Shown piece after piece: positions 25,140 to 37,939 of a stretch of DNA of 64,000 nucleotides (position 1 is the first letter of the stretch; each line of letters begins with the position of its first letter). A program made the translations under genes and the position numbers. The DNA is from Squalus acanthias (taxonomy: Eukaryota), in the NCBI GenBank assembly GCA_030390025.1, contig CM059432.1:151778001-151842000 (forward strand). The letters run 5' to 3'. The notes beneath the pieces were generated by a model. It made no database searches, was not told the origin of the DNA, and saw only the letters and a list, made by a program, of their open reading frames with translations.

Positions 25140-25840
25140 AAAATATAAACAGAAAATGCTGGAAATACTCAGCAGGTCAGCCAGCATCTATGGAGAGAGA
25201 AACAGAGTTAACGTTTCAGGTTGCTGACCTTTCGTCAGAACTGGAAAAGGTTAGAGATGCAACTGGTTTTAAGCAAGCACAGAGGCAAGGAAAGGTGGGG
25301 GAAGAAAGAACAAAAGGGAAAGTCTGTGATAGGGTGGAAAGCAGGAGTGATTTAAATGACAAAAGGGAGGATAGTGCAAGGCATAAGGAGGTGGTAATGG
25401 GACAAGTAAAGAAACACAAGATGGATCAGCAGGAACTGTATATGGCAACAGCAGAACCATACCAGCACCTGCTATCTGAAAAAATGGGAGCACTGGTTAT
25501 GATCTGCAATTGTTGAACTCAATGTTGAGTCCAGAAGGCTGTAAAGTGCCTCAGTCAAAAGATGAGGTGCTGCTCCTTGAGCTTCTGTTGAGCTTCATTG
25601 GAACAGTGTAGGAGGCTGAGGCCAGAGTGGGAGTGAGACAGAGAAATAAAATGACAAGCAATCGGAAGCTCGGTCACACTTGCAGACTGAACAGAGATGT
25701 TCAGCAAAGTGGTCACCCAATCTGTGTTTGGTCTCCCCAATGTAGAGGAGGCCGCATCATGAGCAGTGAATACAGTATACTAAACTGAAAGAAGTACAAG
25801 TAAATTGCTGCTTCACCTGGAAGGAGTGTTTGGGGCTTCC
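25140..25840 (-). mobile_element. Penelope-like retroelement 3' fragment (GIY-YIG endonuclease end + terminal repeat with hammerhead motif)
   Basis: Minus strand LVYCIHC...LYIGET, then PIACHF...EQHLIF; AGTT-CTGACGA-stem-GAAACGTT-AACT at about 25205-25241. Confidence 0.85.
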
Positions 25841-25929
25841 GAGACCTCTGGAAACCTGGCATCAGAAAGGAGGCGAGCAGGGCTGAATCTATGAGATAAA
25901 TGCCTATACAGCACTGCTTGTGGGCCAGG

Positions 25930-26320
25930 AGTATTTACTTCAGGTTCGACAAGCTACCCAGTAAACGCTCTCTCCTCTCCCTCCCCACCCCCCCCCCGTA
26001 CCCACCCACCACCATCACCATTGGACCCCTCCCCACAGACCACCATCGCCCCTCCTCCCCCCCCACAACCGTCTGCTCCTCTCTCTCCCCCCCCCACCCC
26101 GCCCCCCACAAGACGGTCGTCTGTCCTCTCTTCTCCCCCCCTGCCCCCACCCCGATGGCCATCTGCTCCCCCCTTCCCCCAACTGACATCCGCTCTCAAC
26201 CACCCCCACCCTGTTGCCTGTGGGTGGGGAACCGACTGAAAAAAATTGAAAGGAGCCTTGCAGGTATAAACTGCAGGACATTGGGTTACCCGACCTCACA
26301 ACATCCCCCCACCCCGCCCA

Positions 26321-26359
<39 letters not shown>

Positions 26360-26578
26360 CTGCCTCCGGGCTAAAAACAAGGCCTGCATGTCTCAGTGAA
26401 GATTCTTCAGTCTGATTTGTTGAAGAGACACGGTGTTACTTTTCCTGCTCACACCGGTCCCAGTTCCCCCTGCTTCGGACTCCTCATGACCGTACGTTGC
26501 TGTGCAAAAGTCTCTGGGCAGCTGTAAGCGCAATGAACGCGAGTACTGTTCGTTCACCACTGACCGCAAAATCCAGGC
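25930..26578. mobile_element. Probable MITE of the same family, C-rich interior
   Basis: Right end cactgaccgcaaaatccaggc matches the end of 23926-24592; left end unclear. Confidence 0.4.
26323..26356. repeat. (CA)n microsatellite
   Basis: About 16-17 AC units. Confidence 0.95.
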
Positions 26579-28164
26579 ATATATATATTTTTTTATATAT
26601 GCAAATTTGAACTACTTGCTTTAAATTTCGGTTTCATTAAATTGCAACATGTCAGAGCTGGTGGTATGAAGGAAAGCAGCTAACCAATCACCAGTGAGGA
26701 ACTATTGAGGACATACAAAATCAACTAATTGAGCAAAAGCTTTCAATAATAAGAGGAGAACAAATGAGATTGCTTTAAAGATTTTTTTTGAAATTTCTTC
26801 TGCCTACTATCTTGAACTCTCACTAGCTGAGAAACTTAGTATGGGAAATAAGCTTTGTAACATAATTTTGATATCAAAAAAATTACAACTATTACAAGAC
26901 AGTGATTAAACTTACCTATACAGCAGCATTTTGCATGTTTAAAATATGCACCAATGTTTTCCAAATGAGGCCCAGTCTGTCTTGAAAAGTCAACACATTG
27001 CACTCATGTGACTTTCCATAGCTATCTCTATCAGCTGAAGGGACTGAACAATCACACCCCCAAGATACCCCTACCTGAGTATGTGTACTCTGGTGAAAAC
27101 CCCCAGCATGGATTGCTTACCCATATCTGCAGGCTATCTGTTCACTTCAACTGGAAGGCTGACGTATGATGGCTATAATAATTTATTTTTCCGAAAGACA
27201 CCAAAACCAAGGTAAATGTGAACTTGGAACTTTAAGCTAAGTTTTGACAGGAAAATGATTTTCAAGGACTCCTCCATTGTGAGTAATGTGTGTGAGAGAG
27301 GGATAAGTGTGTGTGGCCAAGCGCGAATGCATCTGAGTGGGAGAGACTAATTGTGTTTGTGTGTATGCATGTGGACACGTGCAGGTATCGCAATGTGAGA
27401 GAGCTGGAGATTCTTGGTACCTGCTGTAAAATGAAGAGCTGAATTGAACTGTTGGTAGGTAGAGCATGTGCGAACCAGAGGAGTAGCTGTTAACTAATTT
27501 TCTGGAAACTTCCTTCACTCTTGGGTTGAGAGAGGCACTTGAAAATTTACTGCTGGTTAAAATTGATGTGGTGGTGAGTAAAGAAATTAGTACGGATAAT
27601 TGTACTCCAGGATGAAAACTGCATGATTGGTTGTGGGGTATTGCATTGCAACACATCCCTTGCCCATACTGTAATAATACATTCTGCATTTCTTGATATA
27701 AACTCCTCATTATAAAACAGTATATATCCTCTGATTTACTGCAAGCAATGCTACAGGAGATCGGTGTATAGATGGTGTTCATTCTTTGAGGTGACTTCAT
27801 TTAGTTTTGGTTCTGTTTTTGTGTAACAGCTAGTGCACTTGTGGTACTGTGAGTTGATTATTTTAAACAGTACCACAATTGTGATAGCATTACAAAAACT
27901 GTATTCGGAAATGGTCAGCAGTCTGTTTCTGGAACTCAGACGAGTCCAGTACATTATGCACGGCTTGTTTGTAAAAGTTCAAATGCTATTTTTTCCTGCT
28001 CTAAATCTTTTAGTCCAACGTGCAAGTCAAATATTGTAAAGGAGACAAATGTGAAAAATAGTAAATTTTGGTAAGACAGGTGTCTGCCTGTCTGGTAATT
28101 GTGCAAATTCACCATTTTTGAGTTGTCAACCCAAGCTCATGAGAAATCGACAGAGAGTTGGAGT

Positions 28165-29165
28165 TTTTTTTTATTCGTTTTTGGGATGTGGGATTCGCTG
28201 GCAAGGCCAGCATTTATTGCCCATCCCTAGTTGCCCTTGAGAAGGTGGTGGTGAGCCGCCTTCTTGAACCGCTGCAGTCCGTGTGGTGTAGGTACTCCCA
28301 CAGTGCTGTTAGGTAGGGAGTTCCAGGATTTTGACCCAATGACGATGAAGGATCGGCGATATACTTTTAAGATGGTGGGTGACTTGGAGGGAAACTTGGA
28401 CGTGGTGGTGTTCCCTTGCGCCTGCTGCCCTTGTCCTATTAGGTGGAAGAGGTCATGAGTTTGGGAGGTGCTGGCGAAGAAGCCTTGGCGAGTTGCTGCA
28501 GTGCATCTTGTAGATGGTACGCTCTGCAGCCTTGGTACGCCGGTGGTGGGGGGAGTGAATGTTTAAGGTGGTGGATGGGGTGCCAATCAAGCGGGCTGCT
28601 TTTTCCTGGATGGTGTCGAGCTTCTTGAGTGTTGTTGGAGCTGCACTCATCCAGGCAAGTGAGGAGTATTCCATCACACTCCTTATTTGTGCCTTGTTGA
28701 CGGTGGAACGGCTTTGGGGAGTCAGGAGGTGAGACACTCGCCGCAGAATATCTAGCCTCTGACCTGCTCTTGTTGCCACAGTATTTTTATGGCTGGTCCA
28801 GTTAAGTTTCTGGTCAATGGTGACCCCCCCAGGATGTTGATAGTGGGGGATTCGGAGATGGTACTACCGTTGAATGTCAAGGGGAGGTGGACACTCGCTT
28901 GTTGGAGATAGTCATTGCCCGGCACTTACCTGCCACTTATCAGCCCAAGCCTGAACGTCATCCAGGTTTTGTTGCATGCGGGCATGGACTGCTTCTTTAT
29001 CTGAGGAGTTGTGAATGGCGCTGAACACTGTGCAGTCATCAGCGAACATCCCATTTCTGACCTTATGTTGGAGGGAAGGTCATTGATGAAGCAGCTGAAG
29101 ATGATTGGGCGTAGGAACTGCCCTGAGGAACTCCTGCAGCGATGTCCTGGGGCTGTGATGATTGA
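28165..29165 (-). mobile_element. Second-family LINE 3' fragment
   Basis: ATRAGQRLDILRR...MEYSSLAW; A-rich tail at 28165. Confidence 0.9.
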
Positions 29166-30237
29166 CCTTCTCAATCATTGGCAAAGTGATGGAAGGTGTC
29201 ATCAAAAGTGCTAGCAAGCAGCACTTACTCACCAATAACCTGCTCATGGATGCCCAGTTTGGGTTCCGCCAAGACCACTCAGCTCTCGACCTCATTACAG
29301 CCTTGGTCCAAACATGGACAAAGGAGCTGAATTCCAGAGGTGAGGTGAGAGTAGCTGCCCTTGATATCAAGGCAGCATTTGACCAAGTGTGGCATCAAGG
29401 AGCCCTAGTAAAACTGAAGTCAATGGGAATCAAGGGAAAGACTCTCCACTGGCTGGAGTCATACCGAGCACAAAGGAAGATGATTGTGATTGTTGGAGGC
29501 CAATCATCTCAGCCCCATGACATCGCTGCAGGAGTTCCTCAGGGCAGTGTCCTAGGCCAAACCGTCTTCAGCTGCTTCATCAATGATCTTCCCTCCATTA
29601 TAAGGTCAGAATTGGGGATGTTCGCTGATGATTGCACAATGTTCAGTTCCATTTGCAACTCCTCAGATAATGAAGCAGTCTGTGCCCACATGCAGCAAGA
29701 CCTGGACAACATTCAGGCTTGGGCTGATAAGTGGCAAGTAACATTCATGCCACACAAGTGCCAGGCAACACTCAAGAAGCTCAATATCATCCAGACAAAG
29801 CGGTCTGCTTGATTGCCACCCCATGCACCACTTTAAACATTCACTCCCTCTACCACAGATGCACTATGGCTGCAGTGTGTACCATCTACAAGATGCACAG
29901 CAGCAACTCGCCAAGGCTTCTCTGACAGCACCTCTCAAACCTGTGACTCTACCACCCAGAAGGACTAGGGCAGCAGGCGCAAGGGAACACCACCACCTCC
30001 AAGTTCCCCTCCAAGTCACACACCATTCTGACTTGGAAATATATCGCTGTTCCTTCATCGTTGCTGGGTCAAAATCCTGGAACTCCCTCCCTAACAGCAC
30101 TGTGGGAGTACCTTCACTTCACGGACTGCAGTGGTTCAAGAAGGTGGCTCACCACCACCTTCTCAAGGGCAATTAGGGATGGGCAATAAATGCTGGCCTT
30201 GTCTGCGACGCCCACATCCCATGAAGGAACAAAAAGA
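29166..30237 (+). mobile_element. Second-family LINE RT + 3' end with internal deletion
   Basis: ORF 29162..29812: QFGFR, ALDIKAAFD, GVPQGSVLG, FADD. Confidence 0.9.
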
Positions 30238-32154
30238 AATTCCTGCCTCTTTTGATCAGTCTACATATTCCACTAGCACAAGGAGAACAGTCACTAATTA
30301 GCAATTAGACAACTGATTAGCACAGGTTTCAGCCCTCACCTGGCAGACAGCAGGTACCAGGAAGCTCCTCACAGGTGTTATGGTGTGCAGAACAACTCAC
30401 CGTAAAATTTAAGTGCATTGTTACCACCATCCTCTTGACCACAGCATGGTCATATCCACACCCTATCAAATAGAAATTGGAGGTTCAGTGTTTCAGCATC
30501 TGCTTGCCTTTCTGTAATCCAATCATGGTAGGCATTGAACCCTAGTATATGAGAGCCTGCTGACAAACCTGACCTCCAGGTAATGTTTTCCAGCAGCTTT
30601 CGTGTCAAATCTGAGTTTCCTCATCAGCTATACAATGGATATATGCCTTCAATGTGGTAAAAGGATCTGTTTGAGGCAGCTTGTAACAGACCAACTGCTA
30701 AATTTCTAGAGTTAATTCAGATTTTTCTTTCATGCTCAGCACAACAAACAATTCCATTAAGTGCTCCCTCACTCCCTATGAACTGGAGTATGACGTTATA
30801 CGCGCAATATCTTATAATGTAGGATTTCCTAACGGTTGAGCAAAAACCCTTCATGCAGCTTTCTGCAATGGACCTGACTCCATTCATGTTCTCTTTCTCT
30901 TCAAATGACAGAAGAGTAATCACTCTGTCGGGCCACATAACTAAGGTTTAAGATGAGAGATTATACAACATTATAAAGTCAAAACAGCAAATTTCACTTG
31001 GTTGCAGAATTTCTAACTTCTACATCTTGGAATATAATAGAAACAAAAGGCGCAGCACTTTAAGTATTAGTAATACTAAGCCTGGGTTAATCAATCACCA
31101 AAAATGTTTTTACATGTGAGGTTTCATCCACAAACACTAAACCTTTAGTATTTGTCTCTATTTTGATGAACTCAGAAGAACTGAAGAATTGGGGAGAAGG
31201 TTGCTGAAAATATATGCCACTATCTAGGCATGGAGCTGTCAGTCAACCCCTTTGAGATATTTTGGAATATCGTTCCGTGGTGCAAACCTGGTCAAATAAA
31301 AGACTTTATGCCAAAATTCTCATAAATGCAGGACTCGCATCTGTTCATTCCTGATTTCAAGCACCTTTGCCATAATTAACTTCAAAATAAAGCAAGCAGC
31401 CCATCTCCACAAAATCTATAGGAAGATTTGCATCTGAGTAACAAGTCCTCTCCCTTCAAAGTGTTCCGAGGGCAATGTTCCAGAGTGGATTAAATGTAGA
31501 TTCTGTTTTCAGTGAGCACATTCTACAACATTCCACACAATTCTACAACAAACAATAGGGCAGATTTGATTGGTCCAGAGGAAGCTGCAAGAGGCTGTCA
31601 AAAAATAATGGAAAGGTCAAAAAAGTGGCAGATGGAATTCAATGTCAGTGATACACATTTTGGTTCAAAAATAAAAGGGATAACTATATTCTGACTGGGT
31701 GATGATGAAAAGGGAGAATGCTTGTGTGGAAGATAAACATTAATACAACTGGTTGAATCGAATGGCCTGTTTCCATGTTGTAATTTTGATGTAATTCTAT
31801 GGGTAACAACCTGTCTAGCTCTTTTTTCACAAGCTGGCTTCAAGCTCTCATCTCGTCTTGCATATATTTTATAGTTGTTGTACACATCAAGGATAAAATC
31901 CAAGTTTTAGCCATCTACTCTCATAGCTTCCATGCCAAAAGCCTTTTGAAAATCAGGGAAGGAAATGTAAATGGGCCTTAATGACCAGTAATCTCTTCGA
32001 AAAATATTTAAGTCATAGTTTTGACATGATCGGCTGTGTGATTGTTGCCAATTGTTTTGGTGCAAGATAATGTACTTTTTTGTGAAGCAAATGTCTCAGC
32101 AAAGATGGTGTATGTGCTGAAATGGTCTCCTAAGTTATATCTCTTGTCTTTCAG

Positions 32155-32247
32155 ATTTTCTCTAATAGAGAACTTGAAGAAACGCTGAACAAAATCCGAG
32201 AAATACTGTCTGATGATAAACATGACTGGGATCAGCGAGCCAATGCT
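32155..32247 (+). CDS. CLASP2: CLASP2 coding exon (start of TOG2): IFSNRELEETLNKIREILSDDKHDWDQRANA
   Basis: ttcag| acceptor, |gtaagt donor, 93 nt phase 0-0. Peptide matches CLASP2 (RELEETLNKIREILSDDKHDWDQRANA) rather than CLASP1 (RDLEESINK...WEQRVNA). Confidence 0.95.
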
Positions 32248-33019
32248 GTAAGTTGTGACAACTTTGTGTAGGAGGATTTTTGTGCTGAAATGCAGAAATA
32301 TGTTTTTCCCTGCACACTCTGTTGAAAGGCCAAGATGAAATTCAGAACTTCCTTCTGATTGTGTTAAACTCAACTTAAGAAGATCATAACCCACTGCATC
32401 AGGGTGACTTTTATTTTTCCATAACACTCACCTTGGTGGTCTTGAGATTGCTTATAATTCACAGTTAATCGAACTCAAATTCACCGAGATGTAATTTTAT
32501 CTATCTTTAAAAAAGACCATTGATGTGGGAACTAGGTGATACAGTGGGGCCACTGTCCTTTCACCTCTGTAGCCTCTTCTGAATCTAGCACAAAATGATA
32601 GGATTCAAGATTCTTGCTTCCTTTTCTCCCTCTCCCCCTCGCCTCTTGCATGAGATCAGCTGACTCGGCTCAGACTGAGGATTGGATCATTGTGGTATGA
32701 ATAGGTCAACCCATAGCTATTAGGGAAGCTTAAATGGAGCTATCCAGTCTGCCTTTTCCCTCCATTCAGAAATGGATTTTGCTTTTCTAAAGCTAGTGCA
32801 TTATTGCCTTAAAATAAGATGCTACTGTTGAGGTTTGTACATAATGTGCAGTCTTAAATGTTCTGAAATGGGCTAGCAGCATCTTGTGGATAAATGTTAG
32901 CACTACATATTTTTCAATTGGTAAATGCAGTAGTGTATGGACCATGTAAAATAAATCCAGAATAATTGGTTCTTGCACTTGGAGAATGTTTTTAGTTATA
33001 TTGGAAACTACTAAAAATT

Positions 33020-34520
33020 TGACCCAGTTCCTCCCTCCTCCAGTTTTCTTGCCCTAATTTTGTACATCCTCGCTCTTCCTCAGATGTTGCCTCCTTGCTG
33101 GGGGTATGGTTCCATAAGTGCCATTGTGCCAATTACCTCTAATATCTTGCCGGGGGCATTATTCATTTACGAATAGCAAGTGTCGACAGGCTATTTGGTT
33201 GTTGTGGCCATCACAGTTGTTTGTGATGATAGCCTTACTTGATGCACCTGCATGAGTATTTCCAGCAGGGAAATGGAAACCCTTATTATCTTTCTGTCCC
33301 CAACCTAACCCAAGGATGCAGAGGCCAACTGTAGCACCCCTACCACAATACCAGCTCTAATCAGCTAACTCAGCCAGACATAAGAACATAAGAAATAGGA
33401 GCAGGAGTAGGCCAATCGGCCCCTCGAGCCTGCTCCGCCATTCAATAAGATCATGGCTGATCTGATCCTAACCGCCAATCTACTATCTACTATCACAGAA
33501 CCATCTCCTGCATCTAACAGAATTGCACACACGAAATAGGAGCAGAATCAGGCTACACGGTCCCTGGGCCCGCTCCACTACCCACAGGGCCATGACCGAT
33601 CCGAACCTAGACTCATGTCCAAATTCCTGCCCGCTCCCCGTAACCCTTAATTCCCTTTACTTCTAGGAAACTGTCTATTTCTGTTTTAAATTTATTTAAT
33701 GATGTAGCTTCTACAGCTTTTTGTGGCAGCATATTCCATGGACCTACCACCCTCTGAGTGAAGTAGTTCCTCCTCATCTCAGTTTTGAAAGAGCAGCCCC
33801 TTATTCTAAGACTATGTCCCCTAGTTCTAGTCTCACCCGTCATCGGGAACATCCTCCCCGCATCCACCCGATCCAACCCCTTCACAATCTTATATGTTTC
33901 AATAAGATTGCCTCTCATTCTTCTGAACTCCAATGAGTAGAGTCCCAATCTACCCAACCTCTCCTCATATGACCACCCCCTCATCCCCGGGATTAACCGA
34001 GTGAACCTTTTTTGCACTGCCTCGAGAGCAAGGATGTCTTTCCTTAAGTAAGGACACCAAAACTGTATGCAGTATTCCAGGTGCGGTCTCACCAATACCT
34101 TGTACAACTGCCTTCTTAATCACTTGCTGCACCTGCATACTAACCTTTTGAGTTTCGTGCACCAGGACCCCCAGATCCCTTTGCACTTCAGTACTCTCCA
34201 GTTTCTTGCCATTAAGATAATAAATTGCTCTAGGATTTTTCCTGCCAAAGTGCATCACCTCACACTTTCCAGTGTTGTATTCCATCTGCCAAATCTCTGC
34301 CCACTTACTTAGCCTGTCTATGTCCCCTTGCAGGTTTTTTATGTCCACCTCACTCACTACTTTCCCTCCCATCTTTGTATCATCTGCAAATTTTGATATG
34401 TTACACTTGGTCCCTTCCTCCAAATCGTATCCAGACAAAAGATCAAATTGATTATCTTCCTGATCTGTTCTGTTCAGCTCAGCTACTTAGTGCTAAACCC
34501 ACTGGGCCATCAGGGGAGAC
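33020..34520 (-). mobile_element. Old SINE-like repeat split by a CR1 insertion
   Basis: Reverse-complement similarity to 51470-51895; continuous across the CCAGACA duplication. Confidence 0.55.
33381..34430 (-). mobile_element. Young 5'-truncated CR1 LINE with 62-bp internal deletion
   Basis: Near-identical to 2414-3447; TSD CCAGACA (33374-33380 / 34431-34437). Confidence 0.95.
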
Positions 34521-34562
34521 CTAGTGCACAGATGATTGAAGACTTTTCCTTTTTCCTCCTAG

Positions 34563-34708
34563 CTCAAGAAGATTCGGTCACTACTGATTGCTGGAGCTGC
34601 AGAATATGACTGTTTTTTTCAGCATTTAAGATTATTGGAAGGAGCTTTTAAATTGTCAGCTAAAGATCTCCGGTCACAGGTTGTCAGGGAAGCTTGCATT
34701 ACTGTAGC
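34563..34708 (+). CDS. CLASP2: CLASP2 coding exon: LKKIRSLLIAGAAEYDCFFQHLRLLEGAFKLSAKDLRSQVVREACITV(A)
   Basis: Polypyrimidine tract + tag| acceptor, |gtaagt donor, 146 nt; in frame with neighbouring exons; contains the conserved DLRSQVVREAC TOG motif. Confidence 0.96.
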
Positions 34709-34964
34709 GTAAGTATTGTTGGAAGTATACTTAGACCTGTTTAACATATTTTAAAATATCTCTGAATTGTTACAGTAAAAATGTGCTACTGTGAAATTCC
34801 ATTATGGGATTGAATGTACTTTATATAAAATAATTCCAGGAATAAGTTCACCAGTATCCCGTTGAGCTTTTTTTTTAGCAACCTGGAGTAAATAAACACA
34901 CGTTTTTATAATGACCTCTGTCAGTTGGGACCTGTAAAGCAGCAATTGTCTGAGTGTGAGAGGA

Positions 34965-35659
34965 CTGTCAAAATAATGGCAAGGCTACTGGCGCTTGCTG
35001 TTATTTATGGGTAAACGCTACAGAAACTTCAGGTGAGCAGCAGATGCTTGGTTAAATGTGAATACCCATAAGTTGCTGTCTGAGTTGTGCCACTCCGCTA
35101 TTAGCTTCGTGAAAATGGCATCTCACCTGTAGCCTTCCCATTTATTTTTTAGAAACTTGCTGTATTTGGCCATTAAATGCCCATTAAACTCACCACAGAA
35201 AGTCAAGTCTAGTCATTACAAGCATAAGTACCCTTTCAATGACGTAATAAGTGTTAATGACTACCAATCAACCTCGGGCACCGAAAATTTACTGTTACAA
35301 GTGTGGAGTCTCATTCCTTCAGGTTTTGAATTTTTTGGGGAGATTTTAAAAATGTCAACAAAAAAATTCTTTCTTTTCCTTTCTGTCTCTTTTTTTCTTT
35401 CTCTCTCAATCCAATTTTTCTTAAACTCTCTATTTCTCTTTCTTTACCTGATTTGACGTTGAATTCACCACATTTAATTCACCCTCCTTCTCAGTCTTTC
35501 TTGTGTTTATTTTCCAATCCGTGTTTCCCTCGCTGCACCATTATCAGCTCGCACTTTCAGCAACTTCGTGGGCAAATTTTTTTTGAGCTGACGGGTGCAG
35601 GGGCAAGTCTAACTAACGGCAGACACCGATGGCTGCCCTGCTACAGCAAATTCTGGCCC
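34965..35659. mobile_element. Harbinger-type MITE remnant
   Basis: Ends CAGCAAATTCTGGCCC followed by AAT; AT-rich core like the other MITEs. Confidence 0.5.
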
Positions 35660-36824
35660 AATGTGAAGATGTAATTTTTAAAGTAGGTTAAAATTTATGT
35701 AAAATTAGCTAGTTGAATTTTAAAATGACTCTGCCATTAGAAAGAAGAGATATGAAACATGGGAAATAGATCTGTCATAGAGTGGGCTCCTTCAGCTACT
35801 CCACAAATTACTTTGAGTAGAGTGGTATAATAAGATTGACTGATTATAACAAGGTACAAGACCCATTGAGAAACATAAGGGAGATGAACAGGATTCAAAA
35901 ACATCCTGACCAATTAAGCAGATGGATTAAGGATTGACAGATAGATGTTAGTGTAGATAATTGTACTGTCAAATCCCATCTACCAAAGGATCTACAGATG
36001 TGCCCATCCACCCCTCTGTTCCATGATGTTGGTGGGCGTCAGCAGCCTAAGATTGAGTGGTGAAGATGGATGAATATTCTTGAGTTTTGCTCAATTAACT
36101 TTGGATCATGGAGTATTTAAGTAGAACTCTTCCTTGAGAATTTAAATGGGTTACGTAGAGTCCATGATGGGGGGAATTGTCCATTGTCCAATTTTAATTT
36201 GTATAATAATATCGCCAAAATAGTGCTTTTTTTAAAAAGATATAAGTAATTTGATTCTCAATATACATGCAAAAGAACATTCTTAATATAAAGAATTGAC
36301 ATTGTCATTTCATTGGATAAATAAACTGCAGGTTAGTTGAGTCTGTATGATTTTAGATCTTGTGTGTCTGTGTGAATTGCTATTAAGAAACATTGGCCTA
36401 GAAATTGGAGGTGTTTTGCGCTGGCCATTAAGGCCTGTTTCAGCAAAAAAACCTGGGCGCCAGCGCTGCCGATGTCCGTGCTCGCTAGGGATATGTAGAT
36501 TATGCAGATCGTGACATCAGTGTGTGCAACACTCACCTGACGCTCGATCTGCCATTTTCGAGTTCTCCGCTCAACTTAGTGGCCTGTGTTAATTACGTTC
36601 AGCTGACCAAGCGTTCACACGCGAAGGAGCCTCCAGCAGCATTATTTAAAGAATCATCAGCAACAACTTGCAGCTGACATGTTTGTTCAGTTTGACTGGC
36701 TCTGTGTAACTCTAGCAGTTCTCTAAACTTGTTTCAAGTTCCTAAGGTGACAGGGTGTGTTGGTGCAAGTGGAGAACACCTTTATTCTTAGTTAAAGGCA
36801 TCTGCTCACAACACTTGATCAGTC

Positions 36825-37935
36825 ATGGGGGCTCTACTGGCAGTCCCCCTCGCGCTTGAGTATTTTCAGAGAGGGAGCGGAGGCAGCGAAGAAGAAGAGA
36901 AGATGCTCGTAGAGGGAGGAGAAGAAGGGCTCGCAACAGGAGGCCTTACCCACCCTAGGGTCTTCAGAGCACTTCTCTTGTATCCACTTAAGCAAGGAGC
37001 AGTGTATTAGGAGGCTCTGCTTCACCAAGGAGGTGGTCACAGAACTCTGCTACCTCCTGCAACCAGACCTGCAGCCTCAGAGCAGGGCGAATAGCCCTCA
37101 AGGTCACCATGGCCCTCAATTTCTTCGCCAGCGGATCCTTCCAGTCTGCAGCAGGAGATATAGCTAACATCTCCCAGTTCACTGTCCATTGCTGCATTCA
37201 GGAGGTCACAGAGACTCTACACCAGGAGAAGGGACTATGTTGTCTTCTCTCTGCAGGGGGAGCGTGCATGTGGCTTTGCCAGGATAGTGGGCTTCCCCAT
37301 GGTGCAGGGTGTGATCGACTGCACCCACGTGGCTTTGCGGGCGCCGCACAACAAGCCTGAGATCTTCCATAACTGCAAAGGCTGCAACTCACTTAATGTG
37401 CAGTTGTTGTGCGACCACGCCCGTTGCATCCTGATAGTCAGTGCCCGCTATCCTGGCAGCAGTCATGATGCCTTCATCCTATGCCAGTCCGGTGTGCCAG
37501 AAATCTTCCAGCCGTCACGTCAAACCTGAGGGTGGCTGCTCGGAGACAAGGGCTATCCGCTCTGCACTTGGCTGATGACTCCTCTCCGCAACCCCAACAC
37601 CCGTGCTCAGCACTCATCTAATGAGAGCCATGCTGCCACCAGGAACATCACTGAGCAGACCATCCGGCTGCTGAAGCAACCGTTCCACTCGGGGGGAGCC
37701 CTCCAGTACTTGGTGGAGTGCATGTTCCATTTCGTAGTGGTCTGCTGCATGCTTCACAACTTAGCCATCATGAGGGTGTAGCGCTTGCCAGCAGGGATTG
37801 CGGGACCACCTCAAGAAGAGGACGAGGGAGAGGCAGAGGAGGAAGAGGAGCAAGATAAAGAGGAGGAAGGGAGGAGGCAGGCAGCAAATCCCCCTTCTGC
37901 ACGGGCTGTCTGTGAACGCCTCATCAGACTCCGAG
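36825..37935 (+). pseudogene. Harbinger (HARBI1-like) DDE transposase, frameshifted
   Basis: [52 protein letters not shown] motifs across several frames. Confidence 0.92.
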
Positions 37936-37939
37936 TCAA

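Noticed and set aside
25900..26415. Pro/Gly-rich ORFs on both strands
   Set aside because: Products of C-rich low-complexity sequence and a CA repeat.
27237..27800. 187-aa minus-strand ORF
   Set aside because: No recognisable domain; composition reflects simple repeats; likely chance.
1..32154. Further upstream CLASP2 exon (GAVDEDDFIKAF-type)
   Set aside because: Not found by eye in this window; presumably upstream. A small exon could have been missed.
32008..32427. 139-aa minus-strand ORF
   Set aside because: Antisense shadow of the CLASP2 exon; no independent support.
36825..37935. Domesticated HARBI1 gene
   Set aside because: Multiple frameshifts and stops, and it lies within TIRs and a TSD.
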